This document shows, piece after piece, positions 1 to 14,960 of a stretch of DNA of 64,000 nucleotides. Positions within the stretch are counted from its first letter, which is position 1. The number at the start of each line of letters is the position of its first letter. The notes under the pieces are model-generated. The model saw only the letters and a list, made by a program, of their open reading frames with translations, had not been told where the DNA came from and ran no database searches. Position numbers and translations under genes: made by a program. The stretch lies in assembly GCA_964016885.1 (NCBI GenBank), contig OZ024742.1:331638001-331702000 (forward strand), written 5' to 3'. The DNA comes from Eledone cirrhosa (lineage: Eukaryota).

Positions 1-2779
1 GAACACTGAACACTGAACACTGAATATTGAAGGTTATTTTTGGCAGAAGAGAGGATTTAGTGGCAGTTGGGGTGAACACTGAACACTGAATATTGAAGGT
101 TATTTTTGCAGAAGAGAGGATTTAGTGGCAGTTGGGGTGAACACTGAACACTGAACACTGAATATTGAAGGTTATTTTTGCAGAAGAGAGGGTTTAGTGG
201 CAGTTGGGGTGAACACTGAACACTGAATATTGAATATTGAAGGTTATTTTTGGCAGAAGAGAGGATTTAGTGGCAGTTTGGGTGAACACTGAACACTTAA
301 TATTGAATATTGAAGGTTATTTTTGGCAGAAGAGAGGATTTAGTGGCAGTTGGGGTGAACACTGAACACTGAATATTGAAGGTTATTTTTGGCAGAAGAT
401 AGGATTTAGTGGCAGTTGGGGTGAACATTGAACACTGAATATTGAATATTGAAGGTTATTTTTGCAGAAGAGAGGATTTAGTGACAGTTGGGGTGAACAC
501 TGAACACTGAATATTGAATATTGAAGGTTATTTTTGCAGAAGAGAGGATTTAGTGGCAGTTGGGGTGAACACTGAACACTGAATATTGAATATTGAAGGT
601 TATTTTTGCAGAAGAGAGGATTTAGTGGCAGTTGGGGTGAAAACTGAACACTGGATATTGAATATTGAAGGTTATTTTTGCAGAAGAGAGGATTTAGTGG
701 CAGTTTTGGTGAACAATGAACACTGAATATTGAAGGTTATTTTTGGCAGAAGAGAGGATTTAGTGGCAGTTGGGGTGAACACTGAACACTGAATATTGAA
801 TATTGAAGGTTAATTTTGGCAGAAGAGAGGATTTAGTGGCAGTTGGGGTGAACACTGAACACTGATTATTGAAGGTTATTTTTGGCAGAAGAGAGGATTT
901 AGTGGCAGTTTGGGTGAACACTGAACACTGAATATTGAATATTGAAGGTTATTTTTGGCAGAAGAGAGGATTTAGTGGCAGTTGGGGTGAACACTGAACA
1001 CTGAATATTGAAGGTTATTTTTGGCAGAAGATAGGATTTAGTGGCAGTTGGGGTGAACACTGAACACTGAACACTGAATATTGAAGGTTATTTTTGGCAG
1101 AAGAGAGGATTTAGTGGCAGTTGGGGTGAACACTGAACACTGAATATTGAAGGTTATTTTTGCAGAAGAGAGGATTTAGTGGCAGTTGGGGTGAACACTG
1201 AACACTGAACACTGAATATTGAAGGTTATTTTTGCAGAAGAGAGGGTTTAGTGGCAGTTGGGGTGAACACTGAACACTGAATATTGAATATTGAAGGTTA
1301 TTTTTGGCAGAAGAGAGGATTTAGTGGCAGTTTGGGTGAACACTGAACACTGAATATTGAATATTGAAGGTTATTTTTGGCAGAAGAGAGGATTTAGTGG
1401 CAGTTGGGGTGAACACTGAACACTGAATATTGAAGGTTATTTTTGGCAGAAGATAGGATTTAGTGGCAGTTGGGGTGAACATTGAACACTGAATATTGAA
1501 TATTGAAGGTTATTTTTGGCAGAAGAGAGGATTTAGTGGCTGTTGGGGTGAACACTGAACACTGAATATTGAATATTGAAGGTTATTTTTGGCAGAAGAG
1601 AGGATTTAGTGGCAGTTGGGGTGAACAATGAACACTGAATATTGAAGGTTATTTTTGGCAGAAGAGATGATTTAGTTGCAGTTGGGATGAACACTGAACA
1701 CTGAATATTGAAGGTTATTTTTGCAGAAGAGAGGATTTAGTGGCAGTTGGGGTGAACACTGAACACTGAATATTGAATATTGAAGGTTATTTTTGGCAGA
1801 AGAGAGGATTTAGTGGCAGTTGGGGTTAACACTGAACACTGAATATTGAAGGTTGTTTTTGCAGAAGAGAGGATTTAGTGGCAGTTGGGGTGAACACTGA
1901 ACACTGAATATTGAATATTGAAGGTTATTTTTGCAGAAGAGAGGATTTAGTGGCAGTTGGGGTGAACACTGAACACTGAATATTGAATATTGAAGATTAT
2001 TTTTGCATAAGAGAGGATTTAGTGGCAGTTGGGTGAACACTGAACGCTGAACACTGAATATTGAAGGTTCTTTTTGCAGAAGAGAGGATTTAGTGACAGT
2101 TGGGGTGAACACTGAACACTGAATATTGAAGGTTATTTTTGGCAGAAGAGAGGATTTAGTGGCAGTTGGGGTGAACACTGAACACTGAATATTGAATATT
2201 GAAGGTTATTTTTGGCAGAAGAGAGGATTTAGTGGCAGTTGGGGTGAACACTGAACACTGATTATTGAAGGTTATTTTTGGCAGAAGAGAGGATTTAGTG
2301 GCAGTTTGGGTGAACACTGAACACTGAATATTGAATATTGAAGGTTATTTTTGGCAGAAGAGAGGATTTAGTGGCAGTTGGGGTGAACACTGAACACTGA
2401 ATATTGAAGGTTATTTTTGGCAGAAGATAGGATTTAGTGGCAGTTGGGGTGAACACTGAATATTGAAGGTTATTTTTGGCAGAAGAGAGGATTTAGTGGC
2501 AGTTGGGGTGAACACTGAACACTGAATATTGAAGGTTATTTTTGCAGAAGAGAGGATTTAGTGGCAGTTGGGGTGAACACTGAACACTGAACACTGAATA
2601 TTGAAGGTTATTTTTGCAGAAGAGAGGGTTTAGTGGCAGTTGGGGTGAACACTGAACACTGAATATTGAATATTGAAGGTTATTTTTGGCAGAAGAGAGG
2701 ATTTAGTGGCAGTTTGGGTGAACACTGAACACTTAATATTGAATATTGAAGGTTATTTTTGGCAGAAGAGAGGATTTAG

Positions 2780-5700
2780 TGGCAGTTGGGGTGAACACTG
2801 AACACTGAATATTGAAGGTTATTTTTGGCAGAAGATAGGATTTAGTGGCAGTTGGGGTGAACATTGAACACTGAATATTGAATATTGAAGGTTATTTTTG
2901 CAGAAGAGAGGATTTAGTGACAGTTGGGGTGAACACTGAACACTGAATATTGAATATTGAAGGTTATTTTTGCAGAAGAGAGGATTTAGTGGCAGTTGGG
3001 GTGAACACTGAACACTGAATATTGAATATTGATGGTTATTTTTGCAGAAGAGAGGATTTAGTGGCAGTTGGGGTGAACACTGAACACTGAATATTGAATA
3101 TTGAAGGTTATTTTTGCAGAAGAGAGGATTTAGTGGCAGTTTTGGTGAACAATGAACACTGAACACTGAATATTGAAGGTTATCTTTGCAGAAGAGAGGA
3201 TTTAGTGGCAGTTGGGGTGAACACTGAACACTGAATATTGAATATTGAAGGTTATTTTTGCAGAAGAGAGGATTTAGTGGCAGTTGGGGTGAACACTGAA
3301 CACTGAACACTGAATATTGAAGGTTATTTCTGGCAGAAGAGAGGATTTAGTGGCAGTTAGGGTGAACACTGAACACTGAATATTGAATATTGAAGGTTAT
3401 TTTTGGCAGAAGAGAGGATTTAGTGGCAGTTAGGGTTAACACTGAACACTGAATATTGAAGGTTATTTTTGCAGAAGAGAGGATTTAGTGGCAGTTGGGG
3501 TGAACACTGAACACTGATCACTGAATATTGAAGGTTATTTTTGGCAGACGAGAGGATTTAGTGGCAGTTGGGGTGAACACTGAACACTGAATATTGAATA
3601 TTGAAGGTTATTTTTGGCAGAAGAGAGGATTTAGTGGCAGTTGGGGTGAACACTGAACACTGAATATTGAATATTGAAGGTTATTTTTGCAGAAGAGAGG
3701 ATTTAGTGGCAGTTGGGGTGAACACTGAACACTGAATATTGAATATTGAAGGTTATTTTTGGCAGAAGAGAGGATTTAGTGGCAGTTGGGGTGAACACTG
3801 AACACTGAACACTGAATATTGAAGGTTCTTTTTGCAGAAGAGAGGATTTAGTGACAGTTGGGGTGAACACTGAACACTGAATATTGAAGGTTATTTTTGG
3901 CAGAAGAGAGGATTTAGTGGCAGTTGGGGTGAACACTGAACACTGAATATTGAATATTGAAGGTTATTTTTGGCAGAAGAGAGGATTTAGTGGCAGTTGG
4001 GGTGAACACTGAACACTGATTATTGAAGGTTATTTTTGGCAGAAGAGAGGATTTAGTGGCAGTTTGGGTGAACACTGAACACTGAATATTGAATATTGAA
4101 GGTTATTTTTGGCAGAAGAGAGGATTTAGTGGCAGTTGGGGTGAACACTGAACACTGAATATTGAAGGTTATTTTTGGCAGAAGATAGGATTTAGTGGCA
4201 GTTGGGGTGAACACTGAACACTGAACACTGAATATTGAAGGTTATTTTTGGCAGAAGAGAGGATTTAGTGGCAGTTGGGGTGAACACTGAACACTGAATA
4301 TTGAAGGTTATTTTTGGCAGAAGATAGGATTTAGTGGCAGTTGGGGTGAACATTGAACACTGAATATTGAATATTGAAGGTTATTTTTGCAGAAGAGAGG
4401 ATTTAGTGACAGTTGGGGTGAACACTGAACACTGAATATTGAATATTGAAGGTTATTTTTGCAGAAGAGAGGATTTAGTGGCAGTTGGGGTGAACACTGA
4501 ACACTGAATATTGAATATTGATGGTTATTTTTGCAGAAGAGAGGATTTAGTGGCAGTTGGGGTGAACACTGAACACTGAATATTGAATATTGAAGGTTAT
4601 TTTTGCAGAAGAGAGGATTTAGTGGCAGTTTTGGTGAACAATGAACACTGAACACTGAATATTGAAGGTTATCTTTGCAGAAGAGAGGATTTAGTGGCAG
4701 TTGGGGTGAACACTGAACACTGAATATTGAATATTGAAGGTTATTTTTGCAGAAGAGAGGATTTAGTGGCAGTTGGGGTGAACACTGAACACTGAACACT
4801 GAATATTGAAGGTTATTTCTGGCAGAAGAGAGGATTTAGTGGCAGTTAGGGTGAACACTGAACACTGAATATTGAATATTGAAGGTTATTTTTGGCAGAA
4901 GAGAGGATTTAGTGGCAGTTGGGGTTAACACTGAACACTGAATATTGAAGGTTATTTTTGCAGAAGAGAGGATTTAGTGGCAGTTGGGGTGAACACTGAA
5001 CACTGATCACTGAATATTGAAGGTTATTTTTGGCAGACGAGAGGATTTAGTGGCAGTTGGGGTGAACACTGAACACTGAATATTGAATATTGAAGGTTAT
5101 TTTTGGCAGAAGAGAGGATTTAGTGGCAGTTGGGGTGAACACTGAACACTGAATATTGAATATTGAAGGTTATTTTTGCAGAAGAGAGGATTTAGTGGCA
5201 GTTGGGGTGAACACTGAACACTGAATATTGAATATTGAAGGTTATTTTTGGCAGAAGAGAGGATTTAGTGGCAGTTGGGGTGAACACTGAACACTGAACA
5301 CTGAATATTGAAGGTTCTTTTTGCAGAAGAGAGGATTTAGTGACAGTTGGGGTGAACACTGAACACTGAATATTGAAGGTTATTTTTGGCAGAAGAGAGG
5401 ATTTAGTGGCAGTTGGGGTGAACACTGAACACTGAATATTGAATATTGAAGGTTATTTTTGGCAGAAGAGAGGATTTAGTGGCAGTTGGGGTGAACACTG
5501 AACACTGATTATTGAAGGTTATTTTTGGCAGAAGAGAGGATTTAGTGGCAGTTTGGGTGAACACTGAACACTGAATATTGAATATTGAAGGTTATTTTTG
5601 GCAGAAGAGAGGATTTAGTGGCAGTTGGGGTGAACACTGAACACTGAATATTGAAGGTTATTTTTGGCAGAAGATAGGATTTAGTGGCAGTTGGGGTGAA

Positions 5701-6960
5701 CACTGAACACTGAACACTGAATATTGAAGGTTATTTTTGGCAGAAGAGAGGATTTAGTGGCAGTTGGGGTGAACACTGAACACTGAATATTGAAGGTTAT
5801 TTTTGCAGAAGAGAGGATTTAGTGGCAGTTGGGGTGAACACTGAACACTGAACACTGAATATTGAAGGTTATTTTTGCAGAAGAGAGGGTTTAGTGGCAG
5901 TTGGGGTGAACACTGAACACTGAATATTGAATATTGAAGGTTATTTTTGGCAGAAGAGAGGATTTAGTGGCAGTTTGGGTGAACACTGAACACTTAATAT
6001 TGAATATTGAAGGTTATTTTTGGCAGAAGAGAGGATTTAGTGGCAGTTGGGGTGAACACTGAACACTGAATATTGAAGGTTATTTTTGGCAGAAGATAGG
6101 ATTTAGTGGCAGTTGGGGTGAACATTGAACACTGAATATTGAATATTGAAGGTTATTTTTGCAGAAGAGAGGATTTAGTGACAGTTGGGGTGAACACTGA
6201 ACACTGAATATTGAATATTGAAGGTTATTTTTGCAGAAGAGAGGATTTAGTGGCAGTTGGGGTGAACACTGAACACTGAATATTGAATATTGATGGTTAT
6301 TTTTGCAGAAGAGAGGATTTAGTGGCAGTTGGGGTGAACACTGAACACTGAATATTGAATATTGAAGGTTATTTTTGCAGAAGAGAGGATTTAGTGGCAG
6401 TTTTGGTGAACAATGAACACTGAACACTGAATATTGAAGGTTATCTTTGCAGAAGAGAGGATTTAGTGGCAGTTGGGGTGAACACTGAACACTGAATATT
6501 GAATATTGAAGGTTATTTTTGCAGAAGAGAGGATTTAGTGGCAGTTGGGGTGAACACTGAACACTGAACACTGAATATTGAAGGTTATTTCTGGCAGAAG
6601 AGAGGATTTAGTGGCAGTTAGGGTGAACACTGAACACTGAATATTGAATATTGAAGGTTATTTTTGGCAGAAGAGAGGATTTAGTGGCAGTTGGGGTTAA
6701 CACTGAACACTGAATATTGAAGGTTATTTTTGCAGAAGAGAGGATTTAGTGGCAGTTGGGGTGAACACTGAACACTGATCACTGAATATTGAAGGTTATT
6801 TTTGGCAGACGAGAGGATTTAGTGGCAGTTGGGGTGAACACTGAACACTGAATATTGAATATTGAAGGTTATTTTTGGCAGAAGAGAGGATTTAGTGGCA
6901 GTTGGGGTGAACACTGAACACTGAATATTGAATATTGAAGGTTATTTTTGCAGAAGAGAG
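2780..6960 (+). repeat. Higher-order block in three copies (offsets 1489 and 1772 bp)
   Basis: The private variant GATGGTT occurs at 3031, 4520 and 6292. Identical 163-aa ORFs start at 2819, 4308 and 6080. The 283-bp difference between the offsets equals four monomers (65+72+73+73). Confidence 0.9.
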
Positions 6961-9900
6961 GATTTAGTGGCAGTTGGGGTGAACACTGAACACTGAATAT
7001 TGAATATTGAAGATTATTTTTGCATAAGAGAGGATTTAGTGGCAGTTGGGTGAACACTGAACGCTGAACACTGAATATTGAAGGTTCTTTTTGCAGAAGA
7101 GAGGATTTAGTGACAGTTGGGGTGAACACTGAACACTGAATATTGAAGGTTATTTTTGGCAGAAGAGAGGATTTAGTGGCAGTTGGGGTGAACACTGAAC
7201 ACTGAATATTGAATATTGAAGGTTATTTTTGGCAGAAGAGAGGATTTAGTGGCAGTTGGGGTGAACACTGAACACTGATTATTGAAGGTTATTTTTGGCA
7301 GAAGAGAGGATTTAGTGGCAGTTTGGGTGAACACTGAACACTGAATATTGAATATTGAAGGTTATTTTTGGCAGAAGAGAGGATTTAGTGGCAGTTGGGG
7401 TGAACACTGAACACTGAATATTGAAGGTTATTTTTGGCAGAAGATAGGATTTAGTGGCAGTTGGGGTGAACACTGAACACTGAACACTGAATATTGAAGG
7501 TTATTTTTGGCAGAAGAGAGGATTTAGTGGCAGTTGGGGTGAACACTGAACACTGAATATTGAAGGTTATTTTTGCAGAAGAGAGGATTTAGTGGCAGTT
7601 GGGGTGAACACTGAACACTGAACACTGAATATTGAAGGTTATTTTTGCAGAAGAGAGGGTTTAGTGGCAGTTGGGGTGAACACTGAACACTGAATATTGA
7701 ATATTGAAGGTTATTTTTGGCAGAAGAGAGGATTTAGTGGCAGTTTGGGTGAACACTGAACACTGAATATTGAATATTGAAGGTTATTTTTGGCAGAAGA
7801 GAGGATTTAGTGGCAGTTGGGGTGAACACTGAACACTGAATATTGAAGGTTATTTTTGGCAGAAGATAGGATTTAGTGGCAGTTGGGGTGAACATTGAAC
7901 ACTGAATATTGAATATTGAAGGTTATTTTTTGGCAGAAGAGAGGATTTAGTGGCTGTTGGGGTGAACACTGAACACTGAATATTGAATATTGAAGGTTAT
8001 TTTTGGCAGAAGAGAGGATTTAGTGGCAGTTGGGGTGAACACTGAACACTGAATATTGAAGGTTATTTTTGGCAGAAGAGATGATTTAGTTGCAGTTGGG
8101 ATGAACACTGAACACTGAATATTGAAGGTTATTTTTGCAGAAGAGAGGATTTAGTGGCAGTTGGGGTGAACACTGAACACTGAATATTGAATATTGAAGG
8201 TTATTTTTGGCAGAAGAGAGGATTTAGTGGCAGTTGGGGTTAACACTGAACACTGAATATTGAAGGTTGTTTTTGCAGAAGAGAGGATTTAGTGGCAGTT
8301 GGGGTGAACACTGAACACTGAATATTGAATATTGAAGGTTATTTTTGCAGAAGAGAGGATTTAGGGGCAGTAGGGGTGAACACTGAACACTGAATTTTGA
8401 ATATTGAAGTTTATTTTTGCAGAAGAGAGGATTTAGTGGCAGTTAGGGTGAAGACTGAACACTGAATATTGAATATTGAAGGTTATTTTTGCAGAAGAGA
8501 GGATTTAGTGGCAGTTGGGGTGAATACTGAACACTGAATATTGAATATTGAAAGTTATTTTTGCAGAAGAGAGGATTTAGTGGCAGTTGGGGTGAACACT
8601 GAACACTGAATATTGAATATTGAAGTTTATTTTTGCAGAAGAGAGGATTTAGTGACAGTTGGGGTGAACACTGAACACTGAATATTGAATATTGAAGGGT
8701 ATATTTGCAGAAGAGAGGATTTAGCGGCAGTTGGGGTGAACACTGAACACTGAATGTTGAATATTGAAGGTTATTTTTGCAGAAGAGAGGATTTAGTGGC
8801 AGTTGGGGTGAACGCTGAACACTGAATATTGAAGGTTATTTTTGCAGAAGAGAGGATTTAGTGGCAGTTGGGGTGAACACTGAACACTGATCACTGAATA
8901 TTGAAGGTTATTTTTGGCAGACGAGAGGATTTAGTGGCAGTTGGGGTGAACACTGAACACTGAATATTGAATATTGAAGGTTATTTTTGGCAGAAGAGAG
9001 GATTTAGTGGCAGTTGGGGTGAACACTGAACACTGAATATTGAATATTGAAGGTTATTTTTGCAGAAGAGAGGATTTAGTGGCAGTTGGGGTGAACACTG
9101 AACACTGAATATTGAATATTGAAGATTATTTTTGCATAAGAGAGGATTTAGTGGCAGTTGGGTGAACACTGAACGCTGAACACTGAATATTGAAGGTTCT
9201 TTTTGCAGAAGAGAGGATTTAGTGACAGTTGGGGTGAACACTGAACACTGAATATTGAAGGTTATTTTTGGCAGAAGAGAGGATTTAGTGGCAGTTGGGG
9301 TGAACACTAAACACTGAATATTGAATATTGAAGGTTATTTTTGGCAGAAGAGAGGATTTAGTGGCAGTTGGGGTGAACACTGAACACTGATTATTGAAGG
9401 TTATTTTTGGCAGAAGAGAGGATTTAGTGGCAGTTTGGGTGAACACTGAACACTGAATATTGAATATTGAAGGTTATTTTTGGCAGAAGAGAGGATTTAG
9501 TGGCAGTTGGGGTGAACACTGAACACTGAATATTGAAGGTTATTTTTGGCAGAAGATAGGATTTAGTGGCAGTTGGGGTGAACACTGAACACTGAACACT
9601 GAATATTGAAGGTTATTTTTGGCAGAAGAGAGGATTTAGTGGCAGTTGGGGTGAACACTGAACACTGAATATTGAAGGTTATTTTTGCAGAAGAGAGGAT
9701 TTAGTGGCAGTTGGGGTGAACACTGAACACTGAACACTGAATATTGAAGGTTATTTTTGCAGAAGAGAGGGTTTAGTGGCAGTTGGGGTGAACACTGAAC
9801 ACTGAATATTGAATATTGAAGGTTATTTTTGGCAGAAGAGAGGATTTAGTGGCAGTTTGGGTGAACACTGAACACTGAATATTGAATATTGAAGGTTATT

Positions 9901-10920
9901 TTTGGCAGAAGAGAGGATTTAGTGGCAGTTGGGGTGAACACTGAACACTGAATATTGAAGGTTATTTTTGGCAGAAGATAGGATTTAGTGGCAGTTGGGG
10001 TGAACATTGAACACTGAATATTGAATATTGAAGGTTATTTTTGGCAGAAGAGAGGATTTAGTGGCTGTTGGGGTGAACACTGAACACTGAATATTGAATA
10101 TTGAAGGTTATTTTTGGCAGAAGAGAGGATTTAGTGGCAGTTGGGGTGAACACTGAACACTGAATATTGAAGGTTATTTTTGGCAGAAGAGATGATTTAG
10201 TTGCAGTTGGGATGAACACTGAACACTGAATATTGAAGGTTATTTTTGCAGAAGAGAGGATTTAGTGGCAGTTGGGGTGAACACTGAACACTGAATATTG
10301 AATATTGAAGGTTATTTTTGGCAGAAGAGAGGATTTAGTGGCAGTTGGGGTTAACACTGAACACTGAATATTGAAGGTTGTTTTTGCAGAAGAGAGGATT
10401 TAGTGGCAGTTGGGGTGAACACTGAACACTGAATATTGAATATTGAAGGTTATTTTTGCAGAAGAGAGGATTTAGGGGCAGTAGGGGTGAACACTGAACA
10501 CTGAATTTTGAATATTGAAGTTTATTTTTGCAGAAGAGAGGATTTAGTGGCAGTTAGGGTGAACACTGAACACTGAATATTGAATATTGAAGGTTATTTT
10601 TGCAGAAGAGAGGATTTAGTGGCAGTTGGGGTGAATACTGAACACTGAATATTGAATATTGAAAGTTATTTTTGCAGAAGAGAGGATTTAGTGGCAGTTG
10701 GGGTGAACACTGAACACTGAATATTGAATATTGAAGTTTATTTTTGCAGAAGAGAGGATTTAGTGACAGTTGGGGTGAACACTGAACACTGAATATTGAA
10801 TATTGAAGGGTATATTTGCAGAAGAGAGGATTTAGTGGCAGTTGGGGTGAACACTGAACACTGAATGTTGAATATTGAAGGTTATTTTTGCAGAAGAGAG
10901 GATTTAGTGGCAGTTGGGGT
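6700..10920 (+). repeat. Tandem segmental duplication, period 2112/2111 bp
   Basis: Identical ORFs start at 6869 and 8981 (offset 2112). TTAGGGGCAGTAGGGG is at 8361 and 10472 (offset 2111), after a 1-bp T-tract expansion near 7930 in the first copy. Confidence 0.85.
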
Positions 10921-13900
10921 GAACACTGAACACTGAATATTGAATATTGAAGGTTATTTTTGCAGAAGAGAGGATTTAGTGGCAGTTGGGGTGAACAATG
11001 AACACTGAACACTGAATATTGAAGGTTATTTTTGCAGAAGAGAGGATTTAGTGGCAGTTTGGGTGAACACTGAACACTGAATATTGAATATTGAAGGTTA
11101 TTTTTGCAGAAGAGAGGATTTAGTGGCAGTTGGGGTGAACACTGAACACTGAATATTAAAGGTTGTTTTTGCAGAAGAGAGGATTTAGTGGCAGTTGGGG
11201 TGAACACTGAACACTGAATATTGAATATTGAAGGTTATTTTTGCAGAAGAGAGGATTTAGGGGCAGTAGGGTTGAACACTGAACACTGAATTTTGAATAT
11301 TGAAGTTTATTTTTGCAGAAGAGAGGATTTAGTGGCAGTTAGGGTGAACACTGAACACTGAATATTGAATATTGAAGGTTATTTTTGCAGAAGAGAGGAT
11401 TTAGTGGCAGTTAGGGTGAACACTGAACACTGAATATTGAATATTGAAAGTTATTTTTGCAGAAGAGAGGATTTAGTGGCAGTTGGGGTGAACACTGAAC
11501 ACTGAATATTGAATATTGAAGTTTATTTTTGCAGAAGAGAGGATTTAGTGACAGTTGGGGTGAAGACTGAACACTGAATATTGAATATTGAAGGTTATTT
11601 TTACAGAAGAGAGGATTTAGTGGCAGTTGGGGTGAACACTGAACACTGAATATTGAATATTGAAGGTTATTTTTGCAGAAGAGAGGATTTAGTGGCAGTT
11701 GGGGTGAACACTGAACACTGAACACTGAATATTGAAGGTTATTTCTGGCAGAAGAGAGGATTTAGTGGCAGTTAGGGTGAACACTGAACACTGAATATTG
11801 AATATTGAAGGTTATTTTTGGCAGAAGAGAGGATTTAGTGGCAGTTGGGGTTAACACTGAACACTGAATATTGAAGGTTATTTTTGCAGAAGAGAGGATT
11901 TAGTGGCAGTTGGGGTGAACACTGAACACTGATCACTGAATATTGAAGGTTATTTTTGGCAGACGAGAGGATTTAGTGGCAGTTGGGGTGAACACTGAAC
12001 ACTGAATATTGAATATTGAAGGTTATTTTTGGCAGAAGAGAGGATTTAGTGGCAGTTGGGGTGAACACTGAACACTGAATATTGAATATTGAAGGTTATC
12101 TTTGCAGAAGAGAGGATTTAGTGGCAGTTGGGGTGAACACTGATCACTGAATATTGAATATTGAAGGTTATTTTTGCAGAAGAGAGGATTTAGTGGCAGT
12201 TGGGGTGAACACTGAACACTGAATGTTGAATATTGAAGGTTATTTTTGCAGAAGAGAGGATTTAGTGGCAGTTGGGGTGAACGCTGAACACTGAATATTG
12301 AAGGTTATTTTTGCAGAAGAGAGGATTTAGTGGCAGTTGGGGTGAACACTGAACACTGATCACTGAATATTGAAGGTTATTTTTGGCAGACGAGAGGATT
12401 TAGTGGCAGTTGGGGTGAACACTGAACACTGAATATTGAATATTGAAGGTTATTTTTGGCAGAAGAGAGGATTTAGTGGCAGTTGGGGTGAACACTGAAC
12501 ACTGAATATTGAATATTGAAGGTTATTTTTGCAGAAGAGAGGATTTAGTGGCAGTTGGGGTGAACACTGAACACTGAATATTGAATATTGAAGATTATTT
12601 TTGCATAAGAGAGGATTTAGTGGCAGTTGGGTGAACACTGAACGCTGAACACTGAATATTGAAGGTTCTTTTTGCAGAAGAGAGGATTTAGTGACAGTTG
12701 GGGTGAACACTGAACACTGAATATTGAAGGTTATTTTTGGCAGAAGAGAGGATTTAGTGGCAGTTGGGGTGAACACTAAACACTGAATATTGAATATTGA
12801 AGGTTATTTTTGGCAGAAGAGAGGATTTAGTGGCAGTTGGGGTGAACACTGAACACTGATTATTGAAGGTTATTTTTGGCAGAAGAGAGGATTTAGTGGC
12901 AGTTTGGGTGAACACTGAACACTGAATATTGAATATTGAAGGTTATTTTTGGCAGAAGAGAGGATTTAGTGGCAGTTGGGGTGAACACTGAACACTGAAT
13001 ATTGAAGGTTATTTTTGGCAGAAGATAGGATTTAGTGGCAGTTGGGGTGAACACTGAACACTGAACACTGAATATTGAAGGTTATTTTTGGCAGAAGAGA
13101 GGATTTAGTGGCAGTTGGGGTGAACACTGAACACTGAATATTGAAGGTTATTTTTGCAGAAGAGAGGATTTAGTGGCAGTTGGGGTGAACACTGAACACT
13201 GAACACTGAATATTGAAGGTTATTTTTGCAGAAGAGAGGGTTTAGTGGCAGTTGGGGTGAACACTGAACACTGAATATTGATTATTGAACGTTATTTTTG
13301 GCAGAAGAGAGGATTTAGTGGCAGTTTGGGTGAACACTGAACACTGAATATTGAATATTGAAGGTTATTTTTGGCAGAAGAGAGGATTTAGTGGCAGTTG
13401 GGGTGAACACTGAACACTGAATATTGAAGGTTATTTTTGGCAGAAGATAGGATTTAGTGGCAGTTGGGGTGAACATTGAACACTGAATATTGAATATTGA
13501 AGGTTATTTTTGGCAGAAGAGAGGATTTAGTGGCTGTTGGGGTGAACACTGAACACTGAATATTGAATATTGAAGGTTATTTTTGGCAGAAGAGAGGATT
13601 TAGTGGCAGTTGGGGTGAACACTGAACACTGAATATTGAAGGTTATTTTTGGCAGAAGAGATGATTTAGTTGCAGTTGGGATGAACACTGAACACTGAAT
13701 ATTGAAGGTTATTTTTGCAGAAGAGAGGATTTAGTGGCAGTTGGGGTGAACACTGAACACTGAATATTGAATATTGAAGGTTATTTTTGGCAGAAGAGAG
13801 GATTTAGTGGCAGTTGGGGTTAACACTGAACACTGAATATTGAAGGTTGTTTTTGCAGAAGAGAGGATTTAGTGGCAGTTGGGGTGAACACTGAACACTG

Positions 13901-14960
13901 AATATTGAATATTGAAGGTTATTTTTGCAGAAGAGAGGATTTAGGGGCAGTAGGGGTGAACACTGAACACTGAATTTTGAATATTGAAGTTTATTTTTGC
14001 AGAAGAGAGGATTTAGTGGCAGTTAGGGTGAACACTGAACACTGAATATTGAATATTGAAGGTTATTTTTGCAGAAGAGAGGATTTAGTGGCAGTTGGGG
14101 TGAATACTGAACACTGAATATTGAATATTGAAAGTTATTTTTGCAGAAGAGAGGATTTAGTGGCAGTTGGGGTGAACACTGAACACTGAATATTGAATAT
14201 TGAAGTTTATTTTTGCAGAAGAGAGGATTTAGTGACAGTTGGGGTGAACACTGAACACTGAATATTGAATATTGAAGGGTATATTTGCAGAAGAGAGGAT
14301 TTAGTGGCAGTTGGGGTGAACACTGAACACTGAATGTTGAATATTGAAGGTTATTTTTGCAGAAGAGAGGATTTAGTGGCAGTTGGGGTGAACACTGAAC
14401 ACTGAATATTGAATATTGAAGGTTATTTTTGCAGAAGAGAGGATTTAGTGGCAGTTGGGGTGAACAATGAACACTGAACACTGAATATTGAAGGTTATTT
14501 TTGCAGAAGAGAGGATTTAGTGGCAGTTTGGGTGAACACTGAACACTGAATATTGAATATTGAAGGTTATTTTTGCAGAAGAGAGGATTTAGTGGCAGTT
14601 GGGGTGAACACTGAACACTGAATATTAAAGGTTGTTTTTGCAGAAGAGAGGATTTAGTGGCAGTTGGGGTGAACACTGAACACTGAATATTGAATATTGA
14701 AGGTTATTTTTGCAGAAGAGAGGATTTAGGGGCAGTAGGGTTGAACACTGAACACTGAATTTTGAATATTGAAGTTTATTTTTGCAGAAGAGAGGATTTA
14801 GTGGCAGTTAGGGTGAACACTGAACACTGAATATTGAATATTGAAGGTTATTTTTGCAGAAGAGAGGATTTAGTGGCAGTTAGGGTGAACACTGAACACT
14901 GAATATTGAATATTGAAAGTTATTTTTGCAGAAGAGAGGATTTAGTGGCAGTTGGGGTGA
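8730..14960 (+). repeat. Segmental duplication, offset 3469 bp
   Basis: GAATGTT at 8752/12221, GAACACTAAA at 9302/12771, and identical ORF pairs 8981/12450 and 10554/14023. Confidence 0.9.

Noticed and set aside
2060-2072. Heat-shock-element-like GAAGGTTC, and nuclear-receptor-like TGAACA direct repeats
   Set aside because: The HSE-like motif has only two pentamers and occurs in a minority variant. The short motifs follow from the repeat itself, with no gene context or binding evidence.
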